Positions 52,430 through 62,492 are shown, counted from the stretch's first letter. The stretch is 64,000 nt of DNA from an uncultured delta proteobacterium (GCA_963816145.1 CAWFJP010000003.1:480001-544000), one strand, 5' to 3'. A program made the numbers and translations. Notes: a model not told the origin generated them from the sequence alone.

Positions 52430-53683
52430 TTAATTCCTTTCTGCATGTGCATCGACGGCTTTCCCCGCCGCCCAAACGATAAACACGGAAACGATCAGGC
52501 ATGCAAGCGAGGCCCAGAAAGCGACCGCGTAACTGTGAGTCATGTCGAAGAGAAAGCCACCTAGCCAAGCGCCGATAGCGCCGCCGAGCCCGATGCTAAA
52601 TGTGAAATAGCCGAAGATCGCGCCAAAATGTCTGCCGTGAAAAATATCGGCCGAAATCGCCGACAACACCAGCGCCCGGGAGCCCTGGCCGAGGCCGTAG
52701 CAGATCGCATAAGTATAAAGCAGCCACGGCATCGAAGCATCGTGCATCGCCAGCAAGGCGAAGATCCCGAAGGCGGAAATAATCTGCACCCAGGTAAACA
52801 CCATCTGGCGGTTCATCACGTCGGCAAGATAGCCGAAAAGAATCCGCCCGCCGATGCTGACCACGCCCATCAAACCGAAGATCGATGCGGCGAACACTTT
52901 GCTGTAGCCAACGTCCACCGCATGAGCGATTTGATGCGTGACAATGACTTGGTTGCCGAGGCTCGCCAAGGTGCGCGCGACGAACAGCAACCAGAACGCC
53001 GAATTGGTCAGCGCGCGCTTTACCGTCCAGTCCGCGCCCGTCACAGAGTGGCTTCCAGCCGCAGTCTCGACGCCTTGCGCGGATTCACCCGGCGCCGTGC
53101 GCGGCAGAAAATACAAAACCGGCGGAATGACCAGGAACGCCGTGATGACGGCGAGACCCAAGTAAGCCGGCGACCAGCCCCACCGATCGATCATCAACTG
53201 AGTCACCGGCACAAGCAGGACAATGCCGACGCCGCCGCCGGCCCAGGCGATCCCGAGAGCCGTGCCCTTGCGCTCAGGAAAGGTGCGCGTAATGATCGCC
53301 ACGTGCGGGACCATGCCGATCAGCGCGATGCCCGCGGCGCCGACGATGCCAATCCAAAAATACAGCTGCCAGATTGATGAAATCGTCGAAGCGAATCCGA
53401 GACCGGCCAGAAGCACGACACCGCCGAGTATCAATGTTTTGCGACCGCCGATGCGATCGATCAATCCGCCGGCATAGGGCAAACAAGCGCCTTCGAAAAT
53501 AATCGCCAACGAAATCGCCCCCGCCGTGGTCGCCCGGGACCACCCAAAGGCGTCGAGCATCGCGACGAAGAACACGCCAAAAGTACCGTGCAAGCCGCGC
53601 CCGACAGCGATGTGCAGGAAGGCCAAAGCTACGAGACCATACCGTTTCATCGCGGCGGAAGAAGAAGTGATTGCGTCGCTCAT
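52430..53683 (-). CDS. MFS transporter (OFA/MCT-like)
   Basis: FGWSR, GGLIDRIGGR, GRILFGYLAD motifs; 12 TM segments. Confidence 0.85.
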   Translation of the reverse strand: MSDAITSSSAAMKRYGLVALAFLHIAVGRGLHGTFGVFFVAMLDAFGWSRATTAGAISLAIIFEGACLPYAGGLIDRIGGRKTLILGGVVLLAGLGFASTISSIWQLYFWIGIVGAAGIALIGMVPHVAIITRTFPERKGTALGIAWAGGGVGIVLLVPVTQLMIDRWGWSPAYLGLAVITAFLVIPPVLYFLPRTAPGESAQGVETAAGSHSVTGADWTVKRALTNSAFWLLFVARTLASLGNQVIVTHQIAHAVDVGYSKVFAASIFGLMGVVSIGGRILFGYLADVMNRQMVFTWVQIISAFGIFALLAMHDASMPWLLYTYAICYGLGQGSRALVLSAISADIFHGRHFGAIFGYFTFSIGLGGAIGAWLGGFLFDMTHSYAVAFWASLACLIVSVFIVWAAGKAVDAHAERN

Positions 53684-53808
53684 GACAAGAAACCGTAAGG
53701 AATAACCCAAGTGAATCGGAAAGTCTATTTGCCGAGTTGAGTATCTTCGCTGTTATTGAAGTGACGCACGCTAACTTCAACGCGCCAAGGCATGATCTAA
53801 TTTGCGCC

Positions 53809-54603
53809 CTACTTCTTCATCTGGAACTCAAAGGTTACGTTGGTCACTTCGCCGGCTTTCACCTCGACGGATTGGGTCGTTTTGCCCAGGGATTCGTGCC
53901 ACACGTCCAAGCTGTATTTCCCCACCGGGACATTTTCCATCTTGAAATTGCCGTCGAGTGCAGTGACATCGAAAAACGGACTCTCGGTGACGACGATCCA
54001 GCCGCTCATCCAACCATGCACGTCGCAGCGCACCGAGATCACTTCCGGCTTGGTGAACTTCTCGCTGATCTCCTTCAGATACTTGGGCTGAGCCCGGTTG
54101 AACGGGGTATTTTTTTCGCTGAACGTATGGACATTGTGCAGGATGCCGTCGCTGTTTTTGATCTTCACGGTCGCGCCGACCGGCACGGCCAGCACATGCG
54201 GCGCGTATTCGCACTTGACCTGATCGAGGACCGCTTCTTTTGCGCTGCTCGGCGGCCCCAACAAGTCAACGATTTGAATCACGGCGTTTTTGACCTCGCC
54301 CTGAGCGCTAATAACCAATGCCGGGTCAAGCTTTGAGTCGCCGCAAACCTCTTGGTCTTTACCCATGGCGACTTTTCCCGCGGCATGGGCGCCCTTGAAA
54401 ATCACTTTTCCGGTAATCATACCGACACCATGACCCGGATTCGAATTGGTCGGCGCCGGAGTTGCCGGTGCCGCGGGAGCCGGCGCGGTTGCAGGCAATG
54501 GCTCGGCAGATTTGGCCGGCGCGCCGCTTCGGTCATTACCACAGCCCGCTGCCATGACCAGCAGGACAATAAATAGATGCTTGAACCAACGAGTAACCGT
54601 CAT
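53809..54603 (-). CDS. Lipoprotein with cupredoxin-like and carboxypeptidase-regulatory-like domains
   Basis: Lipobox AAGC, Pro/Ala linker, LDQVKCEYAPH, NSDGILHNVH, CDVHGWM, GKYSLDVWHE motifs. Confidence 0.75.
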   Translation of the reverse strand: MTVTRWFKHLFIVLLVMAAGCGNDRSGAPAKSAEPLPATAPAPAAPATPAPTNSNPGHGVGMITGKVIFKGAHAAGKVAMGKDQEVCGDSKLDPALVISAQGEVKNAVIQIVDLLGPPSSAKEAVLDQVKCEYAPHVLAVPVGATVKIKNSDGILHNVHTFSEKNTPFNRAQPKYLKEISEKFTKPEVISVRCDVHGWMSGWIVVTESPFFDVTALDGNFKMENVPVGKYSLDVWHESLGKTTQSVEVKAGEVTNVTFEFQMKK

Positions 54604-54652
54604 GACAAGCGCCTCCCTGCGCCCAATTACCAGACTTCAAACTCCGTTCAGG

Positions 54653-56077
54653 TCAATGAGCCGAAGCGCGCCGCTCGCCGCGCAGCGCCGACAGCAACAT
54701 CGCCATCAAGGCCATACAACCGCCGACCATGAAGCTAAAGTTCATCGAGCGCACGAACATCTCCGGGTTTGCGGCCGTCAGCGTCGCCGTCGCATCGCCG
54801 GTGAAGTAGCGAAACGACGCGGTCAAGAGCAATGTACCAAGCGAAACTCCAAACGTCGTCCCCAAACCAAACATTACATAAATCGCCCCGGTGGCGACGC
54901 CGCGATGCCGCGCCGGCACGGAAGTAATCATCGCGGTATGGTTCGAAGTGAAAAATAGTGAAGTCGCCAGCCCCCACAAACAGAGCACCAGCACCGCCGA
55001 CAACCAATGGGAATCGGTGCGCAAAAAGGAGCCGACGAAGCCGGCGCTGGCGAGAAACGAAATGCCCAGCGTCGCGGGCAAACGCGGACCGACTTTGTCG
55101 ACTGCCCAGCCGACCAGTGGCGACAGCGTCACAGTGAAGATCGGCGCGCTGACGAACAGCAAGCCGATGAAAGAAGGTTTCAGCTTGAGCACTTCTTGCA
55201 GGTAGAATGGCAAAACGAAGCCAATCATCACTTGGGCGACTCCAACCAATAAAAGCGCCAAGCCGCTCAGGGTAAACATGCGGATGCGGAACAAAGACAG
55301 ATCGAGGATCGGGCTCGGCGTCGTCTTCTCCCGATAAAGAAAAGCAATAAAAACGATGAGGAAGGCAATGACCAGAGCCACACGCAGCGCCGGCGCGAGC
55401 GACTCCATGATGCGATGATCGACGGCAGCGATCAATGCGATGGTCGCGCCGATCAGCAGCAACGCCCCCCAATAATCGACGCTGCGGTCGGCAACCGGTA
55501 CCGGCGGCGGGACATTGCCCTTGGCACGATTGACCAGCGTCAAAACCATGGCGCACATGGCGATGGGAATGAGAAAGAAAAAGATCGCGCGCCAGTGAAT
55601 ATAATCAATGATCAAGCCGCCGATGCTCGGGCCGATCAACACGCCCGTATGAAAAGCGGTTGTCATGAAACCCTGCGCCTTGCCGGAGGATTCCTTGGGC
55701 ATCGCTTCGAGCGCCAACGCCCGCCCCTGGGATTGGGTCATCGACGCGCCGACGCCCTGAAACACGCGAAAGATGATTAACTGAGTCACGTTCTGCGATA
55801 GCCCGCAGGCAAGGGCCGCCAATGACGAGACGATCAACCCTAGACCGAATAATGTGTGGCGGCCGTAGATATCGCCGATACGGCCGAAGATCAACGACAA
55901 GCTGATCTGGGAAATCTGATACGCGATCACCGCCCAAGAAATGCCGACGATGGTGGTTTCCAAGCTGTTGGCGATAGTCGGCAGCGACACCGCAAAGATC
56001 CGGCTCGAAGTGCCGGCGAGAAAATTTCCCAACGCGGCATTGCTCAAGAGCAACCAATTAATTTGTCCTTGGCTCAT
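54653..56077 (-). CDS. MFS transporter, DHA2 (14-TM) family
   Basis: GRIGDIYGR, RVFQGVG, GPSIGG, DYWGA, PILDLSLF motifs. Confidence 0.85.
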   Translation of the reverse strand: MSQGQINWLLLSNAALGNFLAGTSSRIFAVSLPTIANSLETTIVGISWAVIAYQISQISLSLIFGRIGDIYGRHTLFGLGLIVSSLAALACGLSQNVTQLIIFRVFQGVGASMTQSQGRALALEAMPKESSGKAQGFMTTAFHTGVLIGPSIGGLIIDYIHWRAIFFFLIPIAMCAMVLTLVNRAKGNVPPPVPVADRSVDYWGALLLIGATIALIAAVDHRIMESLAPALRVALVIAFLIVFIAFLYREKTTPSPILDLSLFRIRMFTLSGLALLLVGVAQVMIGFVLPFYLQEVLKLKPSFIGLLFVSAPIFTVTLSPLVGWAVDKVGPRLPATLGISFLASAGFVGSFLRTDSHWLSAVLVLCLWGLATSLFFTSNHTAMITSVPARHRGVATGAIYVMFGLGTTFGVSLGTLLLTASFRYFTGDATATLTAANPEMFVRSMNFSFMVGGCMALMAMLLSALRGERRASAH

Positions 56078-56472
56078 GACCAGTGCTGCGCGACAATCGC
56101 GATCGAGGTTTGCAAAATGGTTTCTACCTCCGCGACGGTAAACGCCCGAGTAGCCAACTCGGTGCGATAACGATGCAACGGCTGCAAGCGCTCAGCGTCG
56201 CTTGGCTGGAGCAAATTCGCCGCGACCGCCGCGGCGAGTAAACTCGTCAAGGTCGTTGCCGACCACTGAGATAGTTTCAAGCGCCGCTTCAACCAGTCCT
56301 CCACCGCCTGCCCGCACAAGACCACCACATCGGCGCCGGCCAAGTTCCCCGACGACCAACCGTCAAGCGCGCGGCCGAGCGTGCGAATCGCTTGACCCTC
56401 CGGCGAGTGATGGCCATGGATGCGTTCTCTCTCGGCAAGATTGGCGAACAGCGCTCGTGTATTGAGTTCCAT
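56074..56472 (-). CDS. Hypothetical all-alpha protein, possibly HEPN-like
   Basis: VVLCGQAVEDWLK resembles the HEPN N-terminal helix; stop overlaps the MFS start. Confidence 0.45.
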   Translation of the reverse strand: MELNTRALFANLAERERIHGHHSPEGQAIRTLGRALDGWSSGNLAGADVVVLCGQAVEDWLKRRLKLSQWSATTLTSLLAAAVAANLLQPSDAERLQPLHRYRTELATRAFTVAEVETILQTSIAIVAQHWS

Positions 56473-56659
56473 GGGGAAACACCGAACCTATGTTTTGACA
56501 TAATTCACCGCGAAGATCACCCGGGCCAGAAAATAATCGGATTCGGATATTCCTCCCGCAGAGGTTCAAAACGTTCGCTGGTATTTGTATCTTTTGCTTC
56601 CGAACTTGGCGTCTTAACGCCTTTGCGGGGATATTCCGAATTCCGTTTGCCCCTGTCCC

Positions 56660-56870
56660 TCCTTAGAAAATACCTGTGCAGGTACAGTCTGGGCGACGAA
56701 TTGGCATGAGGCTTCCGTCATACCGGCGAAAGCTGGTACCCATCCCCTCACTCCCCTGGATGCCGGCCTTCGCCGGCATGACGAATCAAGGGAAGAACCA
56801 TACGATGGTAAAAGGACCACAATTTCATGCTCTGTAGGCGAGCGTATGCTAATGGACACTTCGTGGTGAA
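56660..56870. mobile_element. ~211-bp dispersed structured element, copy 2
   Basis: Direct-orientation copy of 49705-49916; REP doublet at 56717-56782. Confidence 0.6.
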
Positions 56871-56940
56871 AACTGTTGACACAACCACCGCGCGCTCACT
56901 AAGGTAGCCGGCGAGATCAATTTCAATTGGAGGTCCGATC

Positions 56941-57906
56941 ATGGAACCACTACCGCGCGGCGCAAACTTTCAACGAGCTTTGATGCTATGGGAAATCGGC
57001 TTACACATTGCCGGCAACCCCAACACACCCTACTACGGCTCGCGCGATATATGCATCACCGTCGGCAGCGGCTCCAACGAAACCATCAAGCCTTGGTTGC
57101 GCATGTCCACCGGCTCGCCAATCCTGGCCCACGGGATTTGCCGCGGCGACCTTGAAGCGGCGATGATCAATCCGTCAGGACTCCTTACCCAAGCTCACCG
57201 CGGTACCGGGATTTTTCCCCAGCCGCTGCCGGTCCGCATCATCGCCGTTTATCCGTCGCTCGACCATTTTGTTTTCGTGATCCATCCGCGTATCGGGTTA
57301 AAGTCCCTGGCTGAAATCAAACAGAAAAAATATCCTCTGCGCTTATCGATCCGCGAGGACGCGACCCATTCGACCCGCGTGCTGGTCGATCAGACGCTCG
57401 CCGCATATGGCATGACGGTGAAAGATATCGAGTCCTGGGGCGGCAGCTTGCAATTGAACGGCGGCCCTGGCGACCAGCGCAGGCTGAAAGCAATCGCTGA
57501 CGATTCGATCGACGCGATATTCGATGAGGGCTTGCCGCTCTGGTTCGAGGCCGCCCTCGCCGCGGGAATGAAACCAATTGCGTTAGAAGACTACGCCTTC
57601 AAGTATTTGGTCGACGATCTCGGCTGGCGCCGCTACACGATCGCACCCGGCCGCTTCAAAGGCTTAAATCAGGAATACACCTGCATCGACTACAGCGGCT
57701 GGCCGATCTACACACGCGCGTCGTTGCCCGACGACGACGCCTATAAGATCTGCGACGCGATAGATGCCCGCAAAGAGCAAATGTTTTGGGAAGACTCTTA
57801 TACCGGCATCGGCCAGTTGGGCGAAAACACCGACGCCACGCCGCGCGATGTCCCGCTCCACCCCGGCGCGGAGAAGTGGTACCGCGAGCGTGGGTTCAAG
57901 GTCTAG
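56941..57906 (+). CDS. TAXI-family (PBP2 fold) protein without a signal peptide
   Basis: C-terminal VPLHPGAEKWYRERG, LPDDDAYKI; RBS GGAGG; no hydrophobic leader. Confidence 0.65.
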   Translation: MEPLPRGANFQRALMLWEIGLHIAGNPNTPYYGSRDICITVGSGSNETIKPWLRMSTGSPILAHGICRGDLEAAMINPSGLLTQAHRGTGIFPQPLPVRIIAVYPSLDHFVFVIHPRIGLKSLAEIKQKKYPLRLSIREDATHSTRVLVDQTLAAYGMTVKDIESWGGSLQLNGGPGDQRRLKAIADDSIDAIFDEGLPLWFEAALAAGMKPIALEDYAFKYLVDDLGWRRYTIAPGRFKGLNQEYTCIDYSGWPIYTRASLPDDDAYKICDAIDARKEQMFWEDSYTGIGQLGENTDATPRDVPLHPGAEKWYRERGFKV

Positions 57907-59143
57907 CAGCGCTGCCCCGACGTTTCAGTTGCTCGCGCAACGCCGGCAGCGTCGGCACGATCGGGGCAAACTCCTGTGCGGTGTATTGAATCGCTTCGGG
58001 CTGCTTCAGCCCGTGGCCGGTGAGATGGCAGACCACGACTTCATCGCGGCCGATGGTTCCGTTCCCGCGCATTTTCTTGGCGGCGGCCACCGAAGTCGCC
58101 GCCGCTGGCTCGGCGAAAATTCCCGCCAGTCTCCCCGTCAGCGCTTGCGCTTCGAGTATTTCACCGTCACTTAACCCCACCGCGGTTCCCCGCGAATCGC
58201 GCAACGCCGCCAGGGCGCGATCGCCGAGCGCGCTGGGATTGCCCACCTGAATACTTTCAGCCACGGTCTCGCGGGCGTCGACCGCCGCGATCTCGACGCT
58301 CCCATGCGCCATCGCCGCAACGAACGGCGCCGCCGCTTCGCTCTGGGCCGCGACCAGCTTGGGCAACCGCTCGATCCAGCCGAGGGTCTGGAATTCCTTG
58401 AAGCCCTGCCACATACAAAATATCCCGGTGCCTCCGGCGGTTGGATGAATCACCCAATCGGGTAGCGCGCCATCCAGTTGATCGACCAGCTCGTAAGCAT
58501 AACTCTTCTTGCCGACACGATAGGGGTTGGACGATAGACAATCGTACCAGCCAAACTCCGCGACCGCCTTCTTATAAAGCTCCGCCACCTCGTAATCGAA
58601 GCGGCCATCGACGACGATGACGGTCGCGCCGTAGGCATGGGCTTGGATGATTTTAGAAGCGGCCGTGCCCTTCGGCACCATGACAATGCTCTGCATCCCG
58701 GCGGCAGCGGCATAGGCCGCTACCGAAGCCGCGGCGTTACCGGTGGAAATCACGCTGGCGGTGGCAAAGCCGAGCTCTTTGCCCACTGACATACCCACAC
58801 TGTTACTGCGATCTTTGAGGGAACCGGTCGGCAAAACGGTGTCGTTTTTCAAATATAAGTTGGCAATCCCAATCCTTGCGCCCAACCGCCGGGCAGGCAG
58901 CAACGGCGTACTGCCCTCGCCCAACGAAACGATCGACGCGCGATTTTCGACCGGGAGAAAATCAAACCAACGCCAGATCGACGAGTCGCGGCTCGACCGC
59001 ATGGCGGCAAATTCCGCGGCGGAAAGATGATCGATCGAAATCCTCACTTCAAGCACACAACGGCACACCGAACATCGAAACATAGCCTTCGATGTCGCGA
59101 GGGCGCGACATTTTGGACAACTTAACTCGATCAACTTAGCCAT
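57896..59143 (-). CDS. thrC: Threonine synthase-like PLP enzyme
   Basis: N-terminal CxxC…CxxC, SLGEGSTPL, PTGSLKDR, STGNAAAS, LTGHGLK motifs. Confidence 0.75.
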   Translation of the reverse strand: MAKLIELSCPKCRALATSKAMFRCSVCRCVLEVRISIDHLSAAEFAAMRSSRDSSIWRWFDFLPVENRASIVSLGEGSTPLLPARRLGARIGIANLYLKNDTVLPTGSLKDRSNSVGMSVGKELGFATASVISTGNAAASVAAYAAAAGMQSIVMVPKGTAASKIIQAHAYGATVIVVDGRFDYEVAELYKKAVAEFGWYDCLSSNPYRVGKKSYAYELVDQLDGALPDWVIHPTAGGTGIFCMWQGFKEFQTLGWIERLPKLVAAQSEAAAPFVAAMAHGSVEIAAVDARETVAESIQVGNPSALGDRALAALRDSRGTAVGLSDGEILEAQALTGRLAGIFAEPAAATSVAAAKKMRGNGTIGRDEVVVCHLTGHGLKQPEAIQYTAQEFAPIVPTLPALREQLKRRGSAARP

Positions 59144-59199
59144 GTCGCGCACACCTTCTAGCGATCGTTATTCGATGCCGATCCGAGTCGATTATTCCC

Positions 59200-59715
59200 T
59201 CACCCCACTCCCCCGCTCGATCCCGTTCGCCGTTCAATTTCACCGAGGGGTTTTTCCAACTCACCCTCGAGATCGCCGACGTCAAATCCGACGGCGCGGG
59301 CGCCGTCCAGGGTCGCGATGCAGATCATAACGAGATTCAAGCACTGCCGCGGCAATGGCTCGTCCGGATGGTCATAAAGAAAATGATCGACGCGCTGTTT
59401 AAGCATGAGAAAGTCGCGCAGACAGACCACTGACGGCAGATTCTCTACCGGACCGGAGTTCGCCGTCGATGGCGCGAAAGCGACGCCCCCGGGGTCGACC
59501 AGCGCGAGCTGAGTGCCATCGTCGAAGAGCAGAACCAGATAATTGCCTTGAGTCTCGGGATGAACTTTCTCTTCGTAGCCTGCCAGCGCCGGCCAATCGA
59601 TCTTCAGCCGCTTGCCTGAAGCGACATCCAAGAGTATCGCGCTGGTATCGTCGTAGAGGACCGCTTGCCGGTGGCCATCGGCCCAGAGACGCACCTTTTC
59701 TCTTGCTTGTTCCAT
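59200..59715 (-). CDS. Hypothetical protein
   Basis: 171-aa ORF with host-like codon use; no family recognised. Confidence 0.55.
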   Translation of the reverse strand: MEQAREKVRLWADGHRQAVLYDDTSAILLDVASGKRLKIDWPALAGYEEKVHPETQGNYLVLLFDDGTQLALVDPGGVAFAPSTANSGPVENLPSVVCLRDFLMLKQRVDHFLYDHPDEPLPRQCLNLVMICIATLDGARAVGFDVGDLEGELEKPLGEIERRTGSSGGVG

Positions 59716-59904
59716 CGCTCTCGTCTTAACACGCGACTACGGCTGCCCAAAGAAGTTTCATCGTAGCCGGTCGCAGACAACAATTAAACCAGATCGTTTC
59801 GTCGCCGGGGTTCAACCCCCGGCATGCGATGGCACTATTACTATTCTCGGGCCGCATAGTATGCTCGCCGTCAAATCTACTGTCACTGCCGATACCGTCG
59901 CACC

Positions 59905-60671
59905 ATGCCCACGTCCGGCCGTCCATTCTCGATCGACATCGGTTACCGTACAGTGCGCCGGCTGCTCTGCTGTTACCTATTGTTTATCGTTTACGCCTCG
60001 ATTAATCCATTCCATTTGAGTCTCGATCCAAACTTCATTCGCTGGCGCCTCGATATTTTCTTCTCGCGATCGCTGTTTCGCGGCGTTCAACCGTGGTCCG
60101 GCAGTGACGAAGCGGCAAAGCTAACGGTCGCCAACCAAACTTTTCATGCTGACAACCTCGTCTTTGCGCTGATCGGCGCAGCCGTAGGAGCAGCCATGGA
60201 GTTTCGCGTGCCTTACCGCAGTCTATCTAGTCGCCGGACTTGCTCGTTCCAACTGTTTTAACAGTTGCCCCTCTGCGATATTTCCAGATGGAACCCTTCG
60301 ATTGGATCTCACGCGGCGAGCTGCGCTGGAAGCTTCAGAAAATCGAATGGTTTTTCTTCGCCGCCTATTATTGGTCCGAAACGCGCGCAGTGTTTTTCGA
60401 TCTGCTCAATAAATTAAATCTGTCGATACCCATCGGTCAGTCGCTCTCAGCGCTCATGGCGCAAAAGTAACGCGAGCCGCGATTACATGCGGTCACAGTA
60501 GTAGCCCTTCTCGGCGCTATTTTCGAAGCCGGCCAGTTCGTCATCCGCTCGCGTACCCCTTCGGTGACCGATGTGTTAGTCATCGCGATTGGCGGATGGA
60601 TCGGCTGCCTCGCCGGACGATTGTATCAATCGAAAAAGGGGTTGAATGAACCGACAGCGCAGAATATCTAG
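59905..60671 (+). pseudogene. Degraded VanZ-family membrane protein
   Basis: YLLFIVYASINPF start, apparent internal deletion, a frameshift, in-frame TAA at 60468, then EAGQFVIRSRTPSVTDV (VanZ ExxQ…R…D motif). Confidence 0.6.
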
Positions 60672-60737
60672 GTTGCAAATGTTGACAAAAACTCAGCAGA
60701 GCGCTTATAGCCATTAAGACTTTACAAGGAGGGATCC

Positions 60738-60989
60738 ATGTTTGGACTCATCAGCGCCGTGATCGTCGGCTTTGTTGTCGGTGTAATCGCCAAATAGGTC
60801 ATGCCGGGAAAAGAAGATTTAGGTTTTGTCATGGCGGCCCTCTTCGGCATCGTCGGCTCGGTCGTTGCGACCTAAACCGGACAGATGATCGGCCGGTATC
60901 AAGGCGGCCACGGCGCCGGTTGAATCGGATCGACCATCGGTGCCTACATGGTTTTGTGGGGCTACTTGAAGGTCAAAAGCAAAGCTTAG
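60738..60989 (+). pseudogene. GlsB/YeaQ/YmgE (transglycosylase-associated) small membrane protein with three in-frame stops
   Basis: MFGLISAVIVGFVVGVIAK*VMPGKEDLGF…GIVGSVVAT*TGQMIG…GAG*IGSTIGA; TAG 60795, TAA 60873, TGA 60921. Confidence 0.75.
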
Positions 60990-61001
60990 CTTACGCTCAC
61001 G

Positions 61002-61397
61002 ATGCAATTGCCAATCTGCCGGCGCGATCGTTTAGCACCATCGCTTTATGTCATCGCGCTGGCAGTGATCATCGCCGTTGGTATTGGGCCAAGTTTCGCT
61101 CACGAGTCGAGCGTCAGCAATTCAGCCCAACTGCGCTTCGAAGATCTCCCAAAAAAAGCGCAAAAGACTCTGGGTCCGGTAAAGACGGACGGGCCATTCC
61201 CATACAAACGCGACGGCGTCACCTTTGGCAATTTCGAGGGCCGGCTGCCGCAAAAAGCGCGCGGCTACTACAAGGAATACACCGTACCGACACCCGGAGC
61301 AGGCGATCGCGGCGCGCGCCGAATTATCGCCGGTCGTAATGGCCAGTATTACTACACCGACGATCACTATAAGACCTTTCGCCGCATTCTGGAATGA
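61002..61397 (+). CDS. Secreted guanyl-specific ribonuclease (RNase Sa/barnase family)
   Basis: GPFPYKRDGVTFGNFEGRLP, YYKEYTV, RGARRII, YYTDDHYKTF motifs; signal peptide. Confidence 0.9.
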   Translation: MQLPICRRDRLAPSLYVIALAVIIAVGIGPSFAHESSVSNSAQLRFEDLPKKAQKTLGPVKTDGPFPYKRDGVTFGNFEGRLPQKARGYYKEYTVPTPGAGDRGARRIIAGRNGQYYYTDDHYKTFRRILE

Positions 61398-61843
61398 AGC
61401 CAATGGAATCTCTTTTCAGTCTCCTGCCGAACAGCAAACGCGCCGGCGTCTATCGCTCTAAAATCGCCTCTGATGAGATCGTTGCTGCGGCCCAGGCCGC
61501 CGGCCTGCGAGCTTACAAAATCGATCTCGCCAAAGCGCGCGGCAAACTCGGCCTATTCGATGGGCTTTCCAAAGCTCTCAAGTTCCCCGCCCACTTCGGG
61601 AAGAACTGGGACGCGCTCAACGATTGCTTGACGGATCTGGCGTGGCTTGACGACACGGGCTGGGTATTGATCTTAGTGAATGGCAAATCCTTCGCGGCAA
61701 AATACCAAGCCGATTTCGACATGGCGCTCGAATTATTTTACGGTGTGGCCGCCTGTTGGCAGGAAGACGGCAAACCGTTCTGGGTCATCGTGCAGGACCA
61801 ACCAGGCTGGACTGCGGAGCTGCCGGCTATTCGGCTCAGCTAA
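61394..61843 (+). CDS. Barstar-family ribonuclease inhibitor
   Basis: LKFPAHFGKNWDALNDCLTDL motif; ATGA overlap with the RNase. Confidence 0.9.
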   Translation: MKPMESLFSLLPNSKRAGVYRSKIASDEIVAAAQAAGLRAYKIDLAKARGKLGLFDGLSKALKFPAHFGKNWDALNDCLTDLAWLDDTGWVLILVNGKSFAAKYQADFDMALELFYGVAACWQEDGKPFWVIVQDQPGWTAELPAIRLS

Positions 61844-61993
61844 TTTTTCTGCGCCAGTCCGCCGCGGGATTTCCCTTGACAGGCGCTGCCGCTGTCCGCT
61901 ATTACCCGATTCCAATCGAGGTTGAATGTCGGTAGCAACGAGGCGTCTAAACCATAAAAAACGGCGGCACGGCGCCCAAAACAGGAGGAATAG

Positions 61994-62473
61994 ATGAAGA
62001 AACTTTCCCTCGCGGTAGCGTTATGGTTCGCGGCGGTAGGACTGGCCGTGAATGCAACGGCGGCCGACAAGGCGCCGGCAGCGAGCAAGAGTGCGGCGGA
62101 CACCAAGGCCGCGACCAAGGAGGCTCCGGATAGCAAAGCCAAAGCTGGCGGCCTCATGGTCAACATCAACAAAGCCAGCAAAGAGGAACTCAAAAACCTC
62201 AAGGGCATCGGCGACACCCGCGCCCAAGACATCATCGATTACCGCAAGAAGAACGGCGACTTCAAAAGCGTCGATGAACTCGAAAAGGTCAAAGGCATCG
62301 GCCCCGGCACCATGAAGCAGATTCGCGCCAATGTCACCGTCAGCGGCAATTCCATGATTCCGACCAAGTCGGAGCCGGCCAAGGATGCCAAAGCCCCAAT
62401 GAAAGACGAAAAGTCCAAGGCCGCCGATGCCAAAGCGCCGGCCAAGGACGAAAAGAAAGTCGAAAAGAAGTAA
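61994..62473 (+). CDS. comEA: ComEA-family helix-hairpin-helix DNA-binding protein
   Basis: Signal peptide; VNINKASKEELKNLKGIG…AQDIIDYRKKNGDFKSVDELEKVKGIG; Lys/Ala/Asp-rich tails. Confidence 0.85.
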   Translation: MKKLSLAVALWFAAVGLAVNATAADKAPAASKSAADTKAATKEAPDSKAKAGGLMVNINKASKEELKNLKGIGDTRAQDIIDYRKKNGDFKSVDELEKVKGIGPGTMKQIRANVTVSGNSMIPTKSEPAKDAKAPMKDEKSKAADAKAPAKDEKKVEKK

Positions 62474-62492
62474 GACCACTCACCGGCTGACG

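Noticed and set aside
60738-60989. Stop-codon recoding (Sec, Pyl or alternative genetic code) in the GlsB-like gene
   Set aside because: Three different stops fall at non-Cys positions, and all three codons terminate normal genes elsewhere in the window.
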